DNA of 64,000 nucleotides from positions 145,793 through 209,792 of the forward strand of contig NW_015173209.1 in the NCBI RefSeq assembly GCF_001447785.1. The letters are read 5' to 3'. This stretch comes from Gekko japonicus. Its lineage: Eukaryota. The notes beneath the pieces are model-generated. The model saw only the letters and a list, made by a program, of their open reading frames with translations, had not been told where the DNA came from and made no database searches. Positions 61,170 through 64,000 of this stretch are shown piece by piece; positions within the stretch are counted from its first letter, which is position 1, and each line of letters opens with the position of its first letter. Made by a program: the position numbers and the translations under genes.

Positions 61170-62138
61170 TCACTTCTTTTGGAAATGTGTGTGTTTGCTA
61201 GTGAATTTCCTGAAGGCAATATTCACTTCCTTATTTCTGAAGCTATAGACTAGAGGGTTAACCAGGGGTGTCAAAACAGTATAGAAAACAGATAAGATTT
61301 TCTTAACATCCACAGCTGATGGTGAAGATGGAACAATATAGACCAAAATTAGAGTCCCAAAGAATGATGTCACTACAATCAAATGAGAGGAGCAAGTCGA
61401 AAATGTTTTTTGTCTGCCCGAGGTTGATGGGATCCTTAAAATTGTAGCAATGATACAAATGTAGGAAGCCAGAGTCAAAAGAAAAGGAGGAAGAGCACAG
61501 ATTGTAGAGAATGAAAGATCTACTACTGTCACCAGATATGTATCACTGCATGAATGCTCCATTAATGGAGCAAAATCACAAAAGAAATGGTCAATTTCAT
61601 TGGGCCCACAAAATGTTAACTGGGACATGAAGGATATGATGACCGTGTTTACTGCAAAGCCACCAATCCAAGAACTGGAAGCTAAAATAAAACAAATCTT
61701 ACTGTTCATGATATTTGGATAATGAAGAGGATTGCATATTGCTGAATACCGATCATAAGACATGGCTGATAAAAGGAAACATTCTGCTCCTGCCAAGCAA
61801 CCAAAGAAATAAAACTGTGCTATGCAACCACTAACAGAAATGGTTCTGTCCCCATTCACGAAACTGACTAGCATCCTGGGTAGGAGGGTTGAGCTGTAGC
61901 AGGTCTCCAAACAGGATAGGTTTCCTATGAAGAAATACATAGGGGTGTGCAGGTGCTGATTAGCCACAACCAGGAGAATGATAAGGAGATTCCCAGTAAC
62001 TGTCACAATATAGATGAGTAGAAACAGCAGGAAGAGAAGGATCTGCAGATGGTGAAGATCTCCAAATCCCAGGAGGAGGAATTCAGTGGTAACTGTTTGA
62101 TTTTCCACCTGGTAAGACACATTTCCTCTGTTGTTCAT
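61170..62138 (-). CDS. Olfactory receptor, class II
   Basis: 322-aa intact ORF with NQT, LHTPMYFFIGNLS, MSYDRYSAICNPLHY, DHFFCD, KTFSTCSSH, PLVNPLVYSFRNKEV. Confidence 0.96.
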   Translation of the reverse strand: MNNRGNVSYQVENQTVTTEFLLLGFGDLHHLQILLFLLFLLIYIVTVTGNLLIILLVVANQHLHTPMYFFIGNLSCLETCYSSTLLPRMLVSFVNGDRTISVSGCIAQFYFFGCLAGAECFLLSAMSYDRYSAICNPLHYPNIMNSKICFILASSSWIGGFAVNTVIISFMSQLTFCGPNEIDHFFCDFAPLMEHSCSDTYLVTVVDLSFSTICALPPFLLTLASYICIIATILRIPSTSGRQKTFSTCSSHLIVVTSFFGTLILVYIVPSSPSAVDVKKILSVFYTVLTPLVNPLVYSFRNKEVNIAFRKFTSKHTHFQKK

Positions 62139-62696
62139 CGTTATGATGGAAAAGATTTTCTATTGCTTTTCTGGAAAATTAAAGGTCATGTGTTGGGATA
62201 CTTAATGGCTTTAGACTTTAAAACATACAATAGTTATAAAGGATGGACACACAGTGGCTCATGGATGAAAGTTTATGATGAATTTTAGCCAGTTCCTGCT
62301 TTGTGAACTGACGTTCATGGCAGGTCTACCACCATGAACTTTAAAGCACTTTGTGGGTGGTTCATGGCAGTTTGTGAATGGCAGAAAGCAGGAATTTAAC
62401 AAGCTTGGAGTCCCTTTAAACCCCTGCTTTCTGCTCCCTGTTCTCCACAAACCAAAACAAACAAGTTTGGTTCACCTAGGAGCCTCCTGGTTCAGTTCAT
62501 GGTTTGGCCACTAATCATGAACCAAACTACACTTTTGCGGTTCATGCCCGTTCCTAATAGTTAAGTACAATGTGCATTAATATTACAGTAGAGGGAGAGA
62601 TTGTGCACATCTGTGTTCATCTTGTACCACAAAGACACAGTGTGCCCTTCCTCAGGTCACCATGCATTATATGCATAGGGCAGGGCTTTAACCACA

Positions 62697-62851
62697 GTCA
62701 AAGAAGACAGGGACGACAAAGGATGAAATGGTTAAACGAACATGAAATTGAGCAAACTTCAGAGGACGGCGGAAAACAGGAGGGCCTGGCGAGATCTTGT
62801 CCATGGGGTCGTGAAGAGTCGGACTCGAGTGTGCGACTGAAGAACAACAAA
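62697..62851 (+). mobile_element. RTE/BovB LINE 3' fragment with internal deletion
   Basis: Matches the 3' end of 4338-4670 and ends in a CAA tail. Confidence 0.8.
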
Positions 62852-63258
62852 TGGTCCTCTGGTATTGTACTTTACCTCCAGCAGTCTGAATTTGGAGCTA
62901 TTTACTAATATGAGAGAACATCAGATGCTTCAGAGCATCTTAGGGTGAGATCACCACTGAGAATTAACTCTGCTTCTGTTTTCACAGTCTTATTTTAAAT
63001 TCAGTTTCTTGTTCACAGTGTGACAACTGGATCTATCTTTATCCAGTCTAAGGGGCTTTCCTCTGACTTACATAGCTCTTCCTCTTTCTGAAGAAGAAAG
63101 GTTTTCAGTGCTGGAGGAATAAATGGAACATTAGGATACAGACCACTAAGTTTATTATACAGTTTGCATATTCTGTTATGACATTAACTATGGAGATATA
63201 TTGTACCATAATGGTTGAGTTTTACATAAGATGTGTCTTACAAAACATAAAATTGAAA

Positions 63259-63730
63259 ACTTACCTTCATAAGAAATGTGGTTTCACCATCTATTCCAGA
63301 TGCTAATCAGAATTTTAAAAAGAAAAATCTAAACCTTTCTTCTCTCTATAATTGTTTAATCACATGCAGATATTTTGGCTGTTTGTAACATGAAGGCTTA
63401 AATGTGTAGAACAAAATCAATGATGTTCTGTTCTACCTAATGGTAGTGGGTGATGGGTGTTTGTTATCCAGTCAACTGGAAAGCACTTCTGATTTTTATC
63501 CTTACTTGCTTGTTTGAATTTAATATTTTCTCCAAGGGGAGTTTTACACAAGTGCTTTGTAAATCCCACATGTGCACTATAATCTCCAGGAAGTCTTATG
63601 TTTATTTTAACCAGATCCCCAAATTAATCTATTATATGAAAATACTGATTGGCCTTGTATCAAATCTATGTAGCTTGGCATTGTCTGTTCTTTTTTTTCT
63701 TTTTTTAAGTCCCCCTAAGGGGAGTTTTTT
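63259..63730 (-). promoter_or_regulatory. Candidate 5' non-coding exon/promoter of the OR at 61170-62138
   Basis: Strong donor AAG|GTAAGT at 63265/63264 and acceptor TTTTCCAG at 62171. Ebf-like TCTCCAAGGGGA (~63530) and palindromic CCCCTAAGGGG (~63712-63722). Confidence 0.4.
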
Positions 63731-64000
63731 ATTGGTTTTTCCAAAAGACTACAAACTATAACCGAAAATTAGGGAGGGGAGGCTACAACTAAAGAGAAAG
63801 GAAAGAAAACCACTAGTAACTAAAACCCCAAGAATAGGAGATCATAACAACAGCTCATATAAATGTTATTCTTAAAAGCTAATATTACTTTGAACATAGT
63901 TGGTTATGCTAAATTATTTATCTTTTTACCCATCAACCTATCTGTTTAAAAAATCCCCAGAGCATCCCATAGTTATTGTATAACTTTCAGGCACAATTCA

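Overview
Vertebrate genomic DNA, most likely a squamate reptile (gecko-like, inferred from the repeat content: BovB/RTE, CR1, L2, Penelope, 5S-headed and MIR-like SINEs, and TAGGGTTGCCA-ended elements). The window is an olfactory receptor (OR) cluster with six apparently intact class II OR coding regions, one on + and five on -. Three of them (17.4, 27.6 and 44.5 kb) form a paralogous subfamily. About half of the remaining sequence is recognisable transposon debris, and there are four N gaps. The main observations are: (i) the three paralogues share a homologous promoter and first exon with an ATG exactly 19 nt before the splice donor, in frame with the receptor in one gene and an overlapping out-of-frame uORF in the other two; (ii) the + strand OR probably starts in a small upstream coding exon; (iii) two segments bounded by Helitron-type termini share a near-identical 800 bp; (iv) decayed hammerhead ribozymes occur in a Penelope copy and in short fold-back elements; (v) a tailless 5S rRNA retropseudogene has a perfect 15-bp TSD; (vi) an L1-like element carries an intact 253-aa ORF. 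All calls were made by eye with no database searches, and TE boundaries are approximate unless TSDs are quoted.
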